Assembly (NCBI RefSeq): GCF_006345805.1
Contig: NC_043022.1
Span: 15,996,001-16,060,000, forward strand
DNA: 64,000 nt
DNA from: Octopus sinensis
Taxonomy: Eukaryota
Reading direction: 5' to 3'
Shown one piece after another: positions 53,401 through 62,873 of the stretch (positions within the stretch are counted from its first letter, which is position 1; the number at the start of each line of letters is the position of its first letter). A model generated the notes under the pieces. The model saw only the letters and a list, made by a program, of their open reading frames with translations, made no database searches and was not told the origin of the DNA. Position numbers and translations under genes: made by a program.

Positions 53401-56400
53401 CTGCTCTGAGAATGTAGTGATCACTTTTTACATGCCACTGGCACAGGGGCCACTCAGGCAGCATTGGCACCGACCATAGTCAAATGGTGCTTTTTACATG
53501 CCACTGGCACAGGGGCCACTCAGGCAGCATTGGCATCGACCATACTCGAATGGTGCTTTTTACATGCCACTGGCACAGGGGCCACTCAGGCAGCATTGGC
53601 ATCGACCATACTCGAATGGTGCTGTTTACGTGTCACTGGCATTGGAGTCAGTCACGCGGCACCATTTTAGAATGACATTGTATGGTAGGCATGAGAGGGC
53701 AAATCCGGTTAGTTTGAACATAGAAAAATGCAGAATATTTGGGTGTGATATGGTCAGTTTAAACACAAAGCTTTCTCCTTCACTCATTTGAGAGAGTCTT
53801 TGTTTTGCATGTGACTTGGTGACCTCACTGGTGCTGGTGCAATGGAAAAAACAAAAAAAAAAAACACCCAATAAATTCTTTAAATATGACTGGCTTTAAG
53901 AAGCGTATGCAACCACAGAAACCACATCAAAGCAGACATTGGAATTTTGTGCAATCTCTTATCTCACCAGCTCTTGTCAATCTGCCCAACCCATGCCAAC
54001 AAGGAAATAAGACATTAACTGATGATGGCAATGAGAATTATTGAAATAACTGAAATACTTTCTGAATTACATTTTTGAAAATTAAATTTTGATATAAGTT
54101 TATGGAAAGTGAAACTGTTATTAAACACAATTTTCTCTACTTTTTAGAGTTTCTTTATATATTTAGAATAACAGCCATATATTGTCTTGGGAGGGTCATT
54201 ATGCCAATATTAATAGTGACACATGCACTGCTTTACTATCACTTCTTTATTGTAAGTCAGTTGGTTAAATATCAAACCAACTAATAAATCGATCGTTTGT
54301 TTAATGTACTGTGCAAACCAAATGCAAAAACGAAATAAACAAATACATTTCTTATTTTCGCCATGGCATTATTTTGATATCACAGGCCAGATCATTTTGA
54401 TTAAATAATTCTTTTACGACCAATTGGCCTTACTACTTGCCAACCAATCGATTTTGAAATAAGTTGAACTTAAATTGTACCTTACAGAGACGGTTAGAGA
54501 AGAGTTATGTTACCTGTCTCAGAGTTATGTACCTGTAACAACAGCCACAGAGGCCAAGTAAGGTACTGTATTTGACGGCATAACAGACACACTAGACCAG
54601 TGCTTTTCAAAGTTTTTGCTGGAGCGGAACCCCAAGGAAACATTCCACTGGCTCGAGGAACCCCTGTGCAATAATTTAATAGTCTTATGCACACATATCT
54701 GCACAGGAGAATTAAAAATTACTGCTGATTTTAGCAGTTTTGTAACTTCTTGCGGAACCCCCGGTTGAAAACCACTGCACTAGACTATCAGACACGGCCC
54801 ATTTTCAGTAGCACTTATTGAGGTAAAAAGTTTCTGGTGCATTTAAAGCCTGTGATACAAGCCCTTGTTCATAAATGGGAACTGCAGTGTGATTATTGAA
54901 ATAATTTTTGGGAAACAAAATGATGATGATGATGATGAAAATGAGTCTTATATGCTATTAGATATAAGACACAGTACCTCTAAGTGCAGCAGTCATCAAC
55001 TATTTTTGTACCACAGATTGATTTCATACAAGACAATTTTTCCGTGGACCAGGGGGTCATGCACATAACAAAACAATAAAGAGCATAAAAATATATAACT
55101 TAATTATTACATATTCATATATAATGTAAAAACGCCCCTGGAGACGGTGATAGTCAATAAATATAGAAATAACATTTTAAATTTGTGTTGCAACTGAAAT
55201 ACCAATTGTACTTTTAAGATTTTAAAATTTATTTACTTTGTGGTCAAGTATCAAAATAATCCATAGCTCAATACTGATCTGTGGCCCGATGGTTGGAGAC
55301 CCCTGCTTTGGCCAAGTACCCAGTGATAATGATGGGCTAGTATTGTGTTGAGTCAATGCTCTTATCTACGATTCCTGTTGGTTAAAAGCAGAACACATTG
55401 ATGGAAAGCTATCAAAACACTCAAAGCAACCAAGGTTCCAAAGATTCGATATCTTACCCGAGGATTGGTTCTTTGTTGTAATCTTCGTTCCTCTCTTTCT
55501 CGTTGTATTCGTTCATATTCTGCAATTATCTCGGCAGGTGATTTAGTTTTTGAAACAAGCTAAAAGATCGAAAATATAATTTTTACAATCAGACAAAATA
55601 AATAAAACAGTAAACCTATTCTGTCAAAACGGAGGAGAAAACAAAGTTTAAAATTTCTTTCCACTGCATTCTATTGATTGTCACTGTTTTATAATAATAT
55701 AATAATAATAATAATGAAATTATTGTATACAGTGCTCAGGTGCACCACAACTTGTCAAAAGTGCGTATAAAGCATATGCAGTAATGTACAAATGTCTGGA
55801 AAGCGAACAGTGTATGAGTCAGAGACATGCTTGCGTGTGTATGGAGGGGAGAAAATCAGGTGTAGTGTTGGCAAATCTCAGGAAGCATGGAAGTTTTGAT
55901 TAATTAAAAATTCATCTACTTTACCCAAACACAAAATTAATAAATATCATATCACATATCAAACTGCATTCAGAGTTTTCAGATTCAGACATTCCTTATG
56001 ACCAAATATTCATAAAAGTTTACCAGGTTCAACCTATCCAAGCCTAAAGATTATTGGCCACACAATTTGGAAATCTCTGATTAAGAGTTTCTGAGTTGAA
56101 CACAATCTATTAAAAGCCTCTCACAGTTCGAAAACAACAGCAATGCATTTGGTTTGTGAATGCCTTTAACAGAATCTATTCTGTTGCAATCAGTCAGACT
56201 GGATGTCCAGCTGGAATTAACTTTTTTTATATTCTCCCCAGAATGGTTTCAAAACCTAAATAAATGGTCTGCTAGGAATCCCCTCTGCTTTTTTAAAATC
56301 AAGTCATGCTTTCAAGAACAACAGAGACAGCAACATTTGATCCAGTAATCATCTTCATGTTTTTAAAATTCAGTTTTTTGAAGCTGACATGGGCTGGATA

Positions 56401-57283
56401 GCACCGCAGTATGACCTATAAGAGGTTGACAAATGGAAAGGAATCGTGGAATAAAAGATAAATGAAGCCATGCATGGAGATAGACTGGAGAGTGAAGAAA
56501 ACACAACACATCCAGCCCTCAACATTACACATTTTATGATCAAGCACTGCACGTTGGAGTCTACAGAATAGTCTCCAGGTATGTGGAGGCAATGTTTATT
56601 CGACAACAAAAATCTGATCATCACACACAGTTGTTTGTTCAACTACTTACATAGCTTAACTCTTTAGTATTTAAACCAGCCATACCTGGCCCAAATATTC
56701 TACCTGTTTTATGTTCAAACCAGTCAGATTTGACCTCTCACACCTATGCTACAATGTCATTCTAAAAATAAACAATCACATCATTAAAATCTCAAAGCTA
56801 CGAGATTATGCTTGATTACTTCAAAACAGTGTGAATAGATAAGCATTACATTTGACAGAATAATCTGAATGCTAAAGGGCTAAGCCAGCACAAGAGCTGA
56901 GCTGGGGTCACACAGGCTAAGCTCTCTTTGTCTTTCTTTCTTTCTCTCTCTCTATACACACACACACAATGTCAATCATCATGTTGACATGGATGTTTAA
57001 AGATCTTTGCACTGTAATAAACAATGTATCAAAGACTGGTTCCTCAGTTCTTTTCTACACTGACGGTTCACAGTTAAAAAAAAGTAACGCTTCATACGGG
57101 TAAAGACAGGATTGTGTGGCTAAAAAGTTCATTCCACAACCACATGGTTCTAGGTTCAATTCCACTGTCCAACACTCTTGCCAACTGACTTCTACCATGG
57201 TCTTGGAGGGAATAATGCCTTGTGGGAAGAATTTGATTATCAGAAACTGTTCAGAAAGCCTAAGTTTATGCATGTATGTACCC

Positions 57284-57329
<46 letters not shown>

Positions 57330-60300
57330 CTGTGTGGTAAGTAGCTTGCAAACCAACCACATGGTTCCGGGTTCAGTCCCACTGCGTGGCATCTTGGGCA
57401 AGTGTCTTCTGCTATAGCCCCGGGCTGAACAATGCCTTGTGAGTGGATTTGGTAGATGGAAACTGAAAGAAGCCTGTTATATATATGTATATATATATGT
57501 GTGTGTGTATATGTTTGTGTGTCTGTGTTTGTCCCCCTAGCATTGCTTGACAATCGATGCTGGTGTGTTTACGTCCCCGTCACTTAGCAGTTCGGCAAAA
57601 AGAGCCAGATAGAATAAGTACTGGGCTTACAAAGAATAAGTCCCGGGGTCGATTTGCTCGACTAAAGGTGGTGCTCCAGCATGGCCGCAGTCAAATGACT
57701 GAAACAAGTAAAAGAGTAATATATATATATATATGCCAGCATGGAACATGGATATTAACTGATGATACATATATATGAGGGGGGGGGGGGGGGGCGAAAA
57801 GTTCCTAGCTTTAAGGGCGTCACAAAAGGCCTGGTTGGAAGCTCAATCTTTTGAGTTCTTATACAGGACTTAGAAAAACCGAAGGACCACTTTAATAAGT
57901 GCGTGAATCTGAGAGGGGAAAATATTGAATAAAAATCATAATTAACAGATGCCCCCGTATTATCTTTTACCCAAAGCCAGGGACTTTTCAGGAACCCCCT
58001 CGTGTGTGTGTGTGTGTAGAATATCGTTTAATAGACACAATACATGATTTTATGTGCTACTAGCAGTATCGCCCGGCGTTGCTCGGGTTTGTAAGGGAAA
58101 TAACTATATAAGCATTTTTAGAGTTATAGCCAAAAAATAGCAAAAAAAGGCATTAAAAATGGGAAAAAAATTATGGTAATTTTTTTTTAAATCGTTGACT
58201 CATCGTAGACATTTTTAGAGAGTTACTTCCCTTATATAATAGCGAAAAAATGCATTAAAATGGAAAAAAATGACGGTAATTTTTTTTTTTAATCGTAGAC
58301 TCATCGTAGACGCGCGCCAATACCCAGAAGGGCTCGATATGAATCACGACTATAAGATACCCGGTTTTGGTTAAACTGCACCGCAAAATGTTGGAGTAGT
58401 TAGGAATCTAAATCGTAGGAGACAGACACACAACTTCACTTTTATATATAAAGATTAATAGTTTCATATGTTGAGAAATACGAGTTTCTTTATTGCTCGA
58501 CGGGGGCTAAACACAGAAATGGAGAGAACAACTCGAATATATTTATCAGACGGAAAGCACATACCATAACGAACTGAACATTGAATGAGAGAAAAAACGC
58601 GAAAAGTTGAGAAGGAAGCAGATAGAAAACACGGAATGTTAAAAGAAACAGTAAACGGAAAACGAAAAAGTAAAAAATTAAAAACGCTAAAAGAGTTATT
58701 CTCCCGAGACCTTAAATTATAAGGCTGGAAAGATACCAACAAGTTAATCAAATATAGACGGGATTTTTCAATTCTTCAAAATGTACTTTGACAGATACAC
58801 ACACACACATATTGAAAAGGTTGCAAGGCGCAACGAACATTTTAGGAAAATAAAAATAAGAAAAAAGGGGAAATTAACCGGTGAGTGTGTTAGATTATAA
58901 GGCACCAAAAGAGAATGACTCTCCCCAGACACAACAAAATATGCTTCAACACACGAACTCATATAAAGAATCTTGCAAACCAAATCCCAAAACGAAATAT
59001 ATATATACTAGCAGTATCGCCCAGCGTTGCTCGGGTTTGTAAGGGAAATAACTATATAAGCATTTTTAGAGAGTTATAGCAAAAAATGCATTAAAAATGG
59101 AATAAAAAATGATGATAATTTTTTTTTTAAATCGTTGACTCAGTGTCTTCAAGCCATGAAGTCGTCGTTCTAAAAGAACGCTGGTCTCCTTGACAACGCT
59201 TTACGACGTTGATTTCCTTATACTCCCTTCCCCACAGCTTCACGAGGGAGGGAAGAAGGGGGAGAAGCAAACACAGGTGCAGGTGTTTGAGCGTGGACGC
59301 CAACTCCGCCGCCATCGACACACGAAAAATTATGCATTAAAATGGAATAAAAAATGATGTTAAATTATTTTTAAAATCGTAGACTCATCGTAGACGCGCG
59401 CTAATAGCCAGACGGGCTCGATATGAATTACGACTATAAGATACCCGAATTTGGTTAAACTGCACCGCAAAATGTGGGAGTAGTTAGGAATCTAAATCGA
59501 AGGGGACAGACACTCACACAACTAGAGTTTTATATATATATAGATATACACACACACACATACATAAACATAAAGTGTAAGCTACTTTTTGGAATCATTT
59601 AAGAGAATGAGCTCCTATATAAAAATAATAATCGGCTGATAACATTACGCAACAGACATAGCTGTATTAGTAAAACGATTTAATAGCAGAATATAATGAT
59701 GCAAGGGAGACAACCACTAGCAGAGTCAACTCCCTTGCAAATATTGGTGAGAGACACAACCAGGGTGATGCGAATTTTATTCTTTTATTTTTAGGCATTG
59801 GTTTGTGGCCATCACCTCAGAAGATTTTTTAGTAGAATTTTGTCGACGTCAGTTGTCTTGCACATCATCGTCATTGTTTAACATCCGCTTTCTATGCTGG
59901 TATGGGTTGGCAAGCCGGGAGGCTGCACCAGGCTCCAATCTGATCTGGCAAGGTTTTCTACAGCTGGAGGCCCTTCCTGACACCAACCACTCCGAGAATG
60001 GATACCTTTTACGTGTCACAGGCATGGGAGCCATTCAGGTGGCACTGGTATCGACCACGCTCGAATGGTGCTTTTTACGTGCCACTGGTACGGGAGCCAG
60101 TTAGGTGGCACCAGCATCCATTTTATTGATTCTTTTAGCAGAGCATGATGAATGCAAACATCACATCTGTGAAATGCAATTTATTTGTGAAAAGCAAAGG
60201 CCACAGTATAGCCAGGCATCTTGTATTAAGATTTCCTTAGAGACCCTACACAATCTTTAACTGTTTCCAGGCATATTGCTAATTAAGAGGAAACTGGATT

Positions 60301-61284
60301 AACTAATTTGCATATATAATACTAAGGCGGCGAGCTGGCAGACACGTTAGAGCGCCGGGCAAAATGCTAAGCAGTATTTCATCTGTCGTTACGTTCAGAG
60401 TTCAAATTCCGCCGAGGTCGACTTTGCCTTTCATCCTTTCGGGTTCGATAAATAAAGTACCAGATTCGCACTGGGGTCAATGTAATCGACTTAATCCCTT
60501 TGTTTGTCCCCTCTATGTTCAGCCCCTTGTGGGCAATAAAGAAATATATATAATACTTTCATCATCATAATCATCGTTTAATGTCTCTCCCTCTAAAATT
60601 GCTGGCCCTGTGTCAAAACTTGAAACAATAATCTTATCCCACAAGAATTGTTAGCATGCCAGGCAAAATGCTTAGCAGCATTTCATCTGTCTTTATGTCT
60701 TGAGTTAAAATTCCACTGAGGTCGAGTTTGCTTTTCATCCTTTTGAGATTAATGAAATGAGTAAACCCCTACTCTCGAAATTGCTGGCCTTGTGCCAAAA
60801 TTTTAAACAAGGGTTATTACATATAATAAACAGATTTATTATATATGAAAAAGATAGGAGTGGCTGTGTGGTAAGTAGCTTGCTTACCAACCACATGGTT
60901 CTGGGTTCAGCCCCACTGCATGGCACCTTGGGCAAGCAACTTCTATAGCCTTGGGCTGACCAAAGATGGAAATTGAAAGAAACCCATCAACTTTCTCATC
61001 TTCCTGAGCGTTAAACTAATACACCTGTTTGTTGTTTATACACCTGTCTTTGTCTTTTCGTAAATTCCAACTATATATATATATATAGTTCAAAATGTGA
61101 CCTTGTGTGTACCGTTGGCGATTTTTTTTCCTCTGTCTTCCCTTCTCCTATGTTTCCGACGAAGAGCTCCGCTCGAAACGTTAAACCCTCCTCCTTTCCT
61201 TCTTTCCTGAGCATCCAATAATACTATATTTGTTCCACGTCCTCGCTTTGTTGTGTTTTTTTGTGCTTTCTTGTTTGGATTAAC

Positions 61285-61322
<38 letters not shown>

Positions 61323-61635
61323 TACACATGTATGTATATGTTTGTTTGTTTGTCCCCTGCACCATCGCTTGACAACCAATGTTGGTGAGCTTACATCCCC
61401 GTAACTTAGCGGTTCAGCAAAAGGGGCCGATAGAATAAGTACTAAGCTTACAAAGAATAAGTCCTGGGGTCGATTTGTTCGACTAAAGGCGGTGCTCCAG
61501 CATGGCCACAGTCAAATGACTGACACGACTGAAGACAAAATAAACAAAAGAGATGTGTACCTACCTCCATTCCGCATTCCAGTCCCTTTTCGCCGTATAT
61601 ATCGTATATTGTTCTTGTGTGTTTGTCTGACAGAA
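13947..61635 (-). CDS. DNAJC11: DnaJ homolog subfamily C member 11 (mitochondrial MICOS/SAM-associated J protein), 5'-partial; 15 coding exons in the window
   Basis: Exons 61635-61565, 55559-55458, 52948-52881, 51821-51644, 28461-28394, 27436-27372, 25675-25554, 23714-23632, 21969-21853, 21580-21425, 20580-20511, 18873-18764, 16779-16686, 15701-15572, 13996-13947. All introns are GT-AG with consistent phases. The peptides follow human DNAJC11 in order ([65 protein letters not shown]). Confidence 0.96.
15572..15701 (-). CDS. DNAJC11: DNAJC11 exon ([43 protein letters not shown])
   Basis: Strong match to the DNAJC11 C-terminal motif; ttttgcag / gtaagt. Confidence 0.96.
16686..16779 (-). CDS. 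DNAJC11: DNAJC11 exon ([31 protein letters not shown])
   Basis: IDV.VPLQCL motif; cttgcag / gtaag. Confidence 0.95.
16960..17400 (+). mobile_element. Degenerate RTE-clade LINE fragment (RT C-terminal region)
   Basis: Frameshifted peptide ...[11 protein letters not shown]...[18 protein letters not shown], like RTE-1 (QRAMER.MLG.SL..IRNE.IR.R..V.DVI). Confidence 0.7.
18171..18355. repeat. Minisatellite, 6 x 31 bp (TAAGGGTACACAGGCTGTTCCATTGATCAGG) inside a SINE relic
   Basis: Units start 18171, 18202, 18233, 18264, 18295, 18326. Confidence 0.95.
18764..18873 (-). CDS. DNAJC11: DNAJC11 exon ([31 protein letters not shown])
   Basis: Matches [27 protein letters not shown]; ttttcag / gtaaga. Confidence 0.95.
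18918..19235. mobile_element. (CAT)n-tailed SINE-like repeat family (CATCATCGTTTAACGTCCG...GGATGCCCTTCCTAACGCCAACCAC), representative copy
   Basis: Many copies in both orientations, e.g. 1221-1395, 3520-3725, 8300-8565, 26770-26980, 39897-40270, 42615-42880, 52565-52800; variable internal tandem subrepeats. Confidence 0.85.
20511..20580 (-). CDS. DNAJC11: DNAJC11 exon ([23 protein letters not shown])
   Basis: ttccag / gtgagt; phases 2 to 0. Confidence 0.92.
21425..21580 (-). CDS. DNAJC11: DNAJC11 exon ([27 protein letters not shown]...IIKPYL)
   Basis: Matches [27 protein letters not shown]; ctaccag / gtcaga. Confidence 0.96.
21853..21969 (-). CDS. DNAJC11: DNAJC11 exon ([39 protein letters not shown])
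   Basis: Matches [34 protein letters not shown]; gaacag / gtaggt. Confidence 0.95.
22240..22418 (+). mobile_element. hAT-type MITE
   Basis: CAGTGGTTTTCAA...TTGAAAAGCACTG TIRs with perfect 8-bp TSD CTCTATAC. Confidence 0.9.
23632..23714 (-). CDS. DNAJC11: DNAJC11 exon ([28 protein letters not shown])
   Basis: Matches [29 protein letters not shown]; tttctag / gtcagt. Confidence 0.95.
25554..25675 (-). CDS. DNAJC11: DNAJC11 exon ([40 protein letters not shown])
   Basis: Aligns to [31 protein letters not shown]; ttttgtag / gtttgt. Confidence 0.9.
26062..26760. repeat. Long inverted repeat (184-bp arms) attached to a dispersed AT-rich element, possibly Penelope-like
   Basis: Arms 26062-26245 and 26391-26574 are reverse complements; 26575-26760 matches the reverse complement of about 4110-4330. 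Confidence 0.8.
27372..27436 (-). CDS. DNAJC11: DNAJC11 exon ([21 protein letters not shown])
   Basis: SRG.RPG motif; atttcag / gtaagt. Confidence 0.92.
28394..28461 (-). CDS. DNAJC11: DNAJC11 exon ([22 protein letters not shown]), first exon after the host intron
   Basis: Aligns to LEFGAGD..GP.FGLKLFRNLT; tttaacag / gtgagt; phases 0 to 2. Confidence 0.9.
28760..28995 (+). mobile_element. Older hAT-type MITE relic
   Basis: CAGTGGTTCTCAACC...GGCTGAGAACCACTG termini; TSD degenerate. Confidence 0.65.
30883..31401 (-). CDS. MADF-BESS gene exon 7 (poly-Gly tract, BESS motif, stop)
   Basis: atttccag acceptor, phase 0; TAA at 30885-30883. Confidence 0.9.
   Translation of the reverse strand, partial: TYSLSDDSDVGNDSIAWPSEQFVEDESPNFEQLSRTKRLDTNLVINSLDLLSDNNNIGGGGGGGGGGNGGGGGGGGGGGGGSGGNISINGTVQNFSASTTLKRCRSDDMDLKDDFLKEAWRIFNLKERHDPEDLFGMHVAGTLRRMQPLQREKAKLDIQGILLQHCFSKADQ
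30883..45426 (-). CDS. Nested gene: tandem MADF-MADF-BESS putative transcription factor (Adf-1/Dip3-like architecture), 7 coding exons, 611 aa
   Basis: Exons 45426-45363, 44747-44628, 39605-39373, 37564-36997, 35236-35117, 33402-33191, 31401-30883 give 1836 nt in frame with GT-AG junctions. Two repeats carry the MADF Trp pattern W..(8)LI..FE..P/FLWD.....Y...RWKN.RT..ARE...W....L.F. The C-terminal BESS-like segment is [33 protein letters not shown]. Confidence 0.9.
32708..33105 (+). mobile_element. tRNA-derived SINE family (head GGCGCAGGAGTGGCTGTGTGGTAAG), representative copy
   Basis: Conserved body with central TA/TG microsatellite and AAGTAAAAGAGTA tail; other copies near 29580-29910, 35730-36135, 37612-38006, 43150-43536, 57330-57718. 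Confidence 0.85.
33191..33402 (-). CDS. MADF-BESS gene exon 6 ([17 protein letters not shown]...[14 protein letters not shown])
   Basis: catggcag / gtgagt; paralogous to exon 3. Confidence 0.9.
33494..33845. repeat. Minisatellite, about 13 x 26 bp (AAAAGGCACCTGTGCTGGTGGCACGT), expanded SINE subrepeat
   Basis: Direct reading of tandem units. Confidence 0.9.
35117..35236 (-). CDS. MADF-BESS gene exon 5 ([39 protein letters not shown])
   Basis: tttctcag / gtattt; 120 nt, paralogous to exon 2. Confidence 0.92.
36997..37564 (-). CDS. MADF-BESS gene exon 4 (acidic linker plus start of MADF repeat 2, [14 protein letters not shown])
   Basis: ttttctcag / gtaggt; 568-nt open frame. Confidence 0.9.
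38449..38732 (-). mobile_element. tRNA-derived SINE, same family as 50294-50683
   Basis: Near-identical head and body. Confidence 0.85.
39373..39605 (-). CDS. MADF-BESS gene exon 3 ([17 protein letters not shown]...[14 protein letters not shown])
   Basis: gtttttag / gtaagt; C-terminal half of MADF repeat 1. Confidence 0.92.
41241..41459 (+). mobile_element. hAT-type MITE (longer variant of the same family)
   Basis: Same TIRs and internal sequence; TSD TCCTAGAT/TCCTAGAC. Confidence 0.88.
44628..44747 (-). CDS. MADF-BESS gene exon 2 ([39 protein letters not shown])
   Basis: cttggcag / gtaaag; 120 nt, phase 1-1. Confidence 0.9.
44728..45107. repeat. Tandem duplication, 2 x about 190 bp, spanning the intron 1/exon 2 junction of the MADF-BESS gene
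   Basis: ATCCCAAAGACAGGGA.GAGCTGCCAAGAGG recurs at 44728 and 44918. Confidence 0.92.
45363..45426 (-). CDS. MADF-BESS gene exon 1 ([21 protein letters not shown])
   Basis: aagATGG start context; donor gtgcgt; phase 1. Confidence 0.85.
46409..46585 (-). mobile_element. hAT-type MITE inserted into a SINE
   Basis: Same family; perfect TSD CGTTAAGC. Confidence 0.9.
50294..50683 (-). mobile_element. Young full-length tRNA-derived SINE (head GGAGGCGCAATGGCCCAGTGGTTAGG)
   Basis: A-box/B-box-like head (TGGCCCAGTGGT...GGTTTCGATTCCC); 12-bp TSD AAACATCACATT; near-identical sister copy at 38449-38732. Confidence 0.88.
51000..51385. repeat. Compound (TA)n/(TATG)n microsatellite
   Basis: Direct reading; source of spurious ORFs. 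Confidence 0.97.
51644..51821 (-). CDS. DNAJC11: DNAJC11 exon ([41 protein letters not shown]...KSWAE), last exon before the host intron
   Basis: Matches [36 protein letters not shown]...KGWGE; ctttgcag / gtagat. Confidence 0.96.
52881..52948 (-). CDS. DNAJC11: DNAJC11 exon ([22 protein letters not shown])
   Basis: Matches GTISVGVDATDLFDRYD; ttaacag / gtgagt. Confidence 0.95.
53430..53650. repeat. Minisatellite, about 3.3 x 66 bp, expanded SINE subrepeat
   Basis: CAGGCAGCATTGGC recurs at 53455, 53521, 53587. Confidence 0.9.
54598..54777 (-). mobile_element. hAT-type MITE
   Basis: Same family; perfect TSD CACTAGAC. Confidence 0.9.
55458..55559 (-). CDS. DNAJC11: DNAJC11 exon ([34 protein letters not shown])
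   Basis: Near-identical to [28 protein letters not shown]; cttttag / gtaag. Confidence 0.97.
58058..58455 (+). mobile_element. Non-autonomous Helitron-like element, copy 1
   Basis: Starts TACTAGCAGTATCGCCCGGCGTTGCTCGGG, ends GACAGACAC...TTTTATATATA; internal A-rich subrepeats; no TSD seen. Confidence 0.6.
59006..59545 (+). mobile_element. Non-autonomous Helitron-like element, copy 2, with about 190 bp of extra internal sequence
   Basis: Same termini as copy 1; unique GC-rich insert at about 59141-59330. Confidence 0.6.
60326..60545 (+). mobile_element. tRNA-derived SINE family (head GGCGAGCTGGCAGAAACGTTAG, B-box GAGTTCAAATTCC), representative copy
   Basis: Many copies, e.g. 6775-6980, 14335-14570, 20665-20890, 25107-25470, 32040-32520, and related copies in tandem at 11885-12755. 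Confidence 0.85.
61100..61285 (+). mobile_element. Penelope-like retroelement terminal-repeat fragment containing a minimal hammerhead ribozyme motif
   Basis: GTTT-CCGACGA-A-GAGC-TCC-GCTC-GAAA-CG-TT-AAAC at 61152-61186. Confidence 0.55.
61565..61635 (-). CDS. DNAJC11: DNAJC11 exon, end of the J domain ([23 protein letters not shown])
   Basis: Matches [25 protein letters not shown]; gtttccag / gtaggt. Confidence 0.95.
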
Positions 61636-62602
61636 CTGGAAACAGAGAAGAAAATTCCGGATGTAAGCAAAAAAGATCTCAACTTGTTACTTTTCTTTAA
61701 TAATAATCATTACCATCACCATCTAACGTCTGTTGTCCATGCTGGCATGGGTTGGACGGTTTGACCAGGGCTGGCACACTGGAAGGCTGCACCAGACTCC
61801 AGTCTGATTTGGCATGGGTTTCTACTGCTGGATCCCCTTCCTAATGCCAACCAGTCTGAGAGTGTAATGGGTGCTTTTACATGCTAATGGTACAGGTGCC
61901 ATTAGAGAGCCAATTTGCATGACACCAGTATCTGCCACGACTGCAATTTTGCTCAGCTTGACATAATGCCAAAGGTCTTGGTCATTGCTTCCGTGAGGCC
62001 CAGCACTCAAAAGGAACTCAACTACTTTGCCTCCATGAGGCCCAGCACTCGAAAGGAACTTAGCCACTTTGCCTCCGTGAGGCCCAGAACGCAAAAGGAA
62101 CTTAGCCACTTTGCCTCCGTGAGGCCCCTTCAACAATCAGTATATCATTGAGAGAATGGAGAAAATCACTAATTTTAGGTCAGACCTATGCTGCCAGCAT
62201 GGACCATGGACATAAGATGATGATAATGATGTTTTAATATGAAGACAGAGTCAGGTAATGAGCTGGCAGAATCATTAGCAAACAGGGCAAAAATGCTTAG
62301 TGAAATTTCATCCGTCTTTATGTTCTGAGTTCAAATTCAACCAAGGTCAACTTTGCTTTTCATCCTTTCAGGGACAATAAAATAAAAACTAGTTGAACAC
62401 TGAGGTTGATACAATCAACTTATCCACCCTGCTCCCTCAAAATTGCTGGCCTTGTGCCAAAATCTAAAAATAATGAGAGGGTGTAGAACCTTATGCAAAT
62501 TCCATATTCAAACACACACGTTTATAAAAATGCTTAGCCATCACCCATAAGCAAAAGTAGGGACTTGGTAGCTTGGACTATGCTGTCACTAACTGCTTAA
62601 AG

Positions 62603-62873
62603 CAGTGGTTCCCAAAGTGGGCGGTACCACCCCCAGGGCGTTGAAGAAAAATGGGGTGGCAATGGGGTGACAAAAATTGGGGCAATGGGGTATAAAAAAA
62701 TAAAAACACAAAATAAAAGGTTTATTAGGTTAAATTTTATTTGTGAAATACCGTTGTTTTGAATTTGTTGCAGAAAATGGTCTATGTCTGTGATGATGAG
62801 TGGGGTGGAGGGCACTAGGTATGTGGCCTTATAACCAAGGGGTCGGCAGCCTGAAAAGGTTTGGGAACCACTG
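62603..62873 (+). mobile_element. hAT-type MITE, different family
   Basis: CAGTGGTTCCCAAA...TTTGGGAACCACTG TIRs; TSD GCTTAAAG/GTTTAAAG. Confidence 0.8.
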
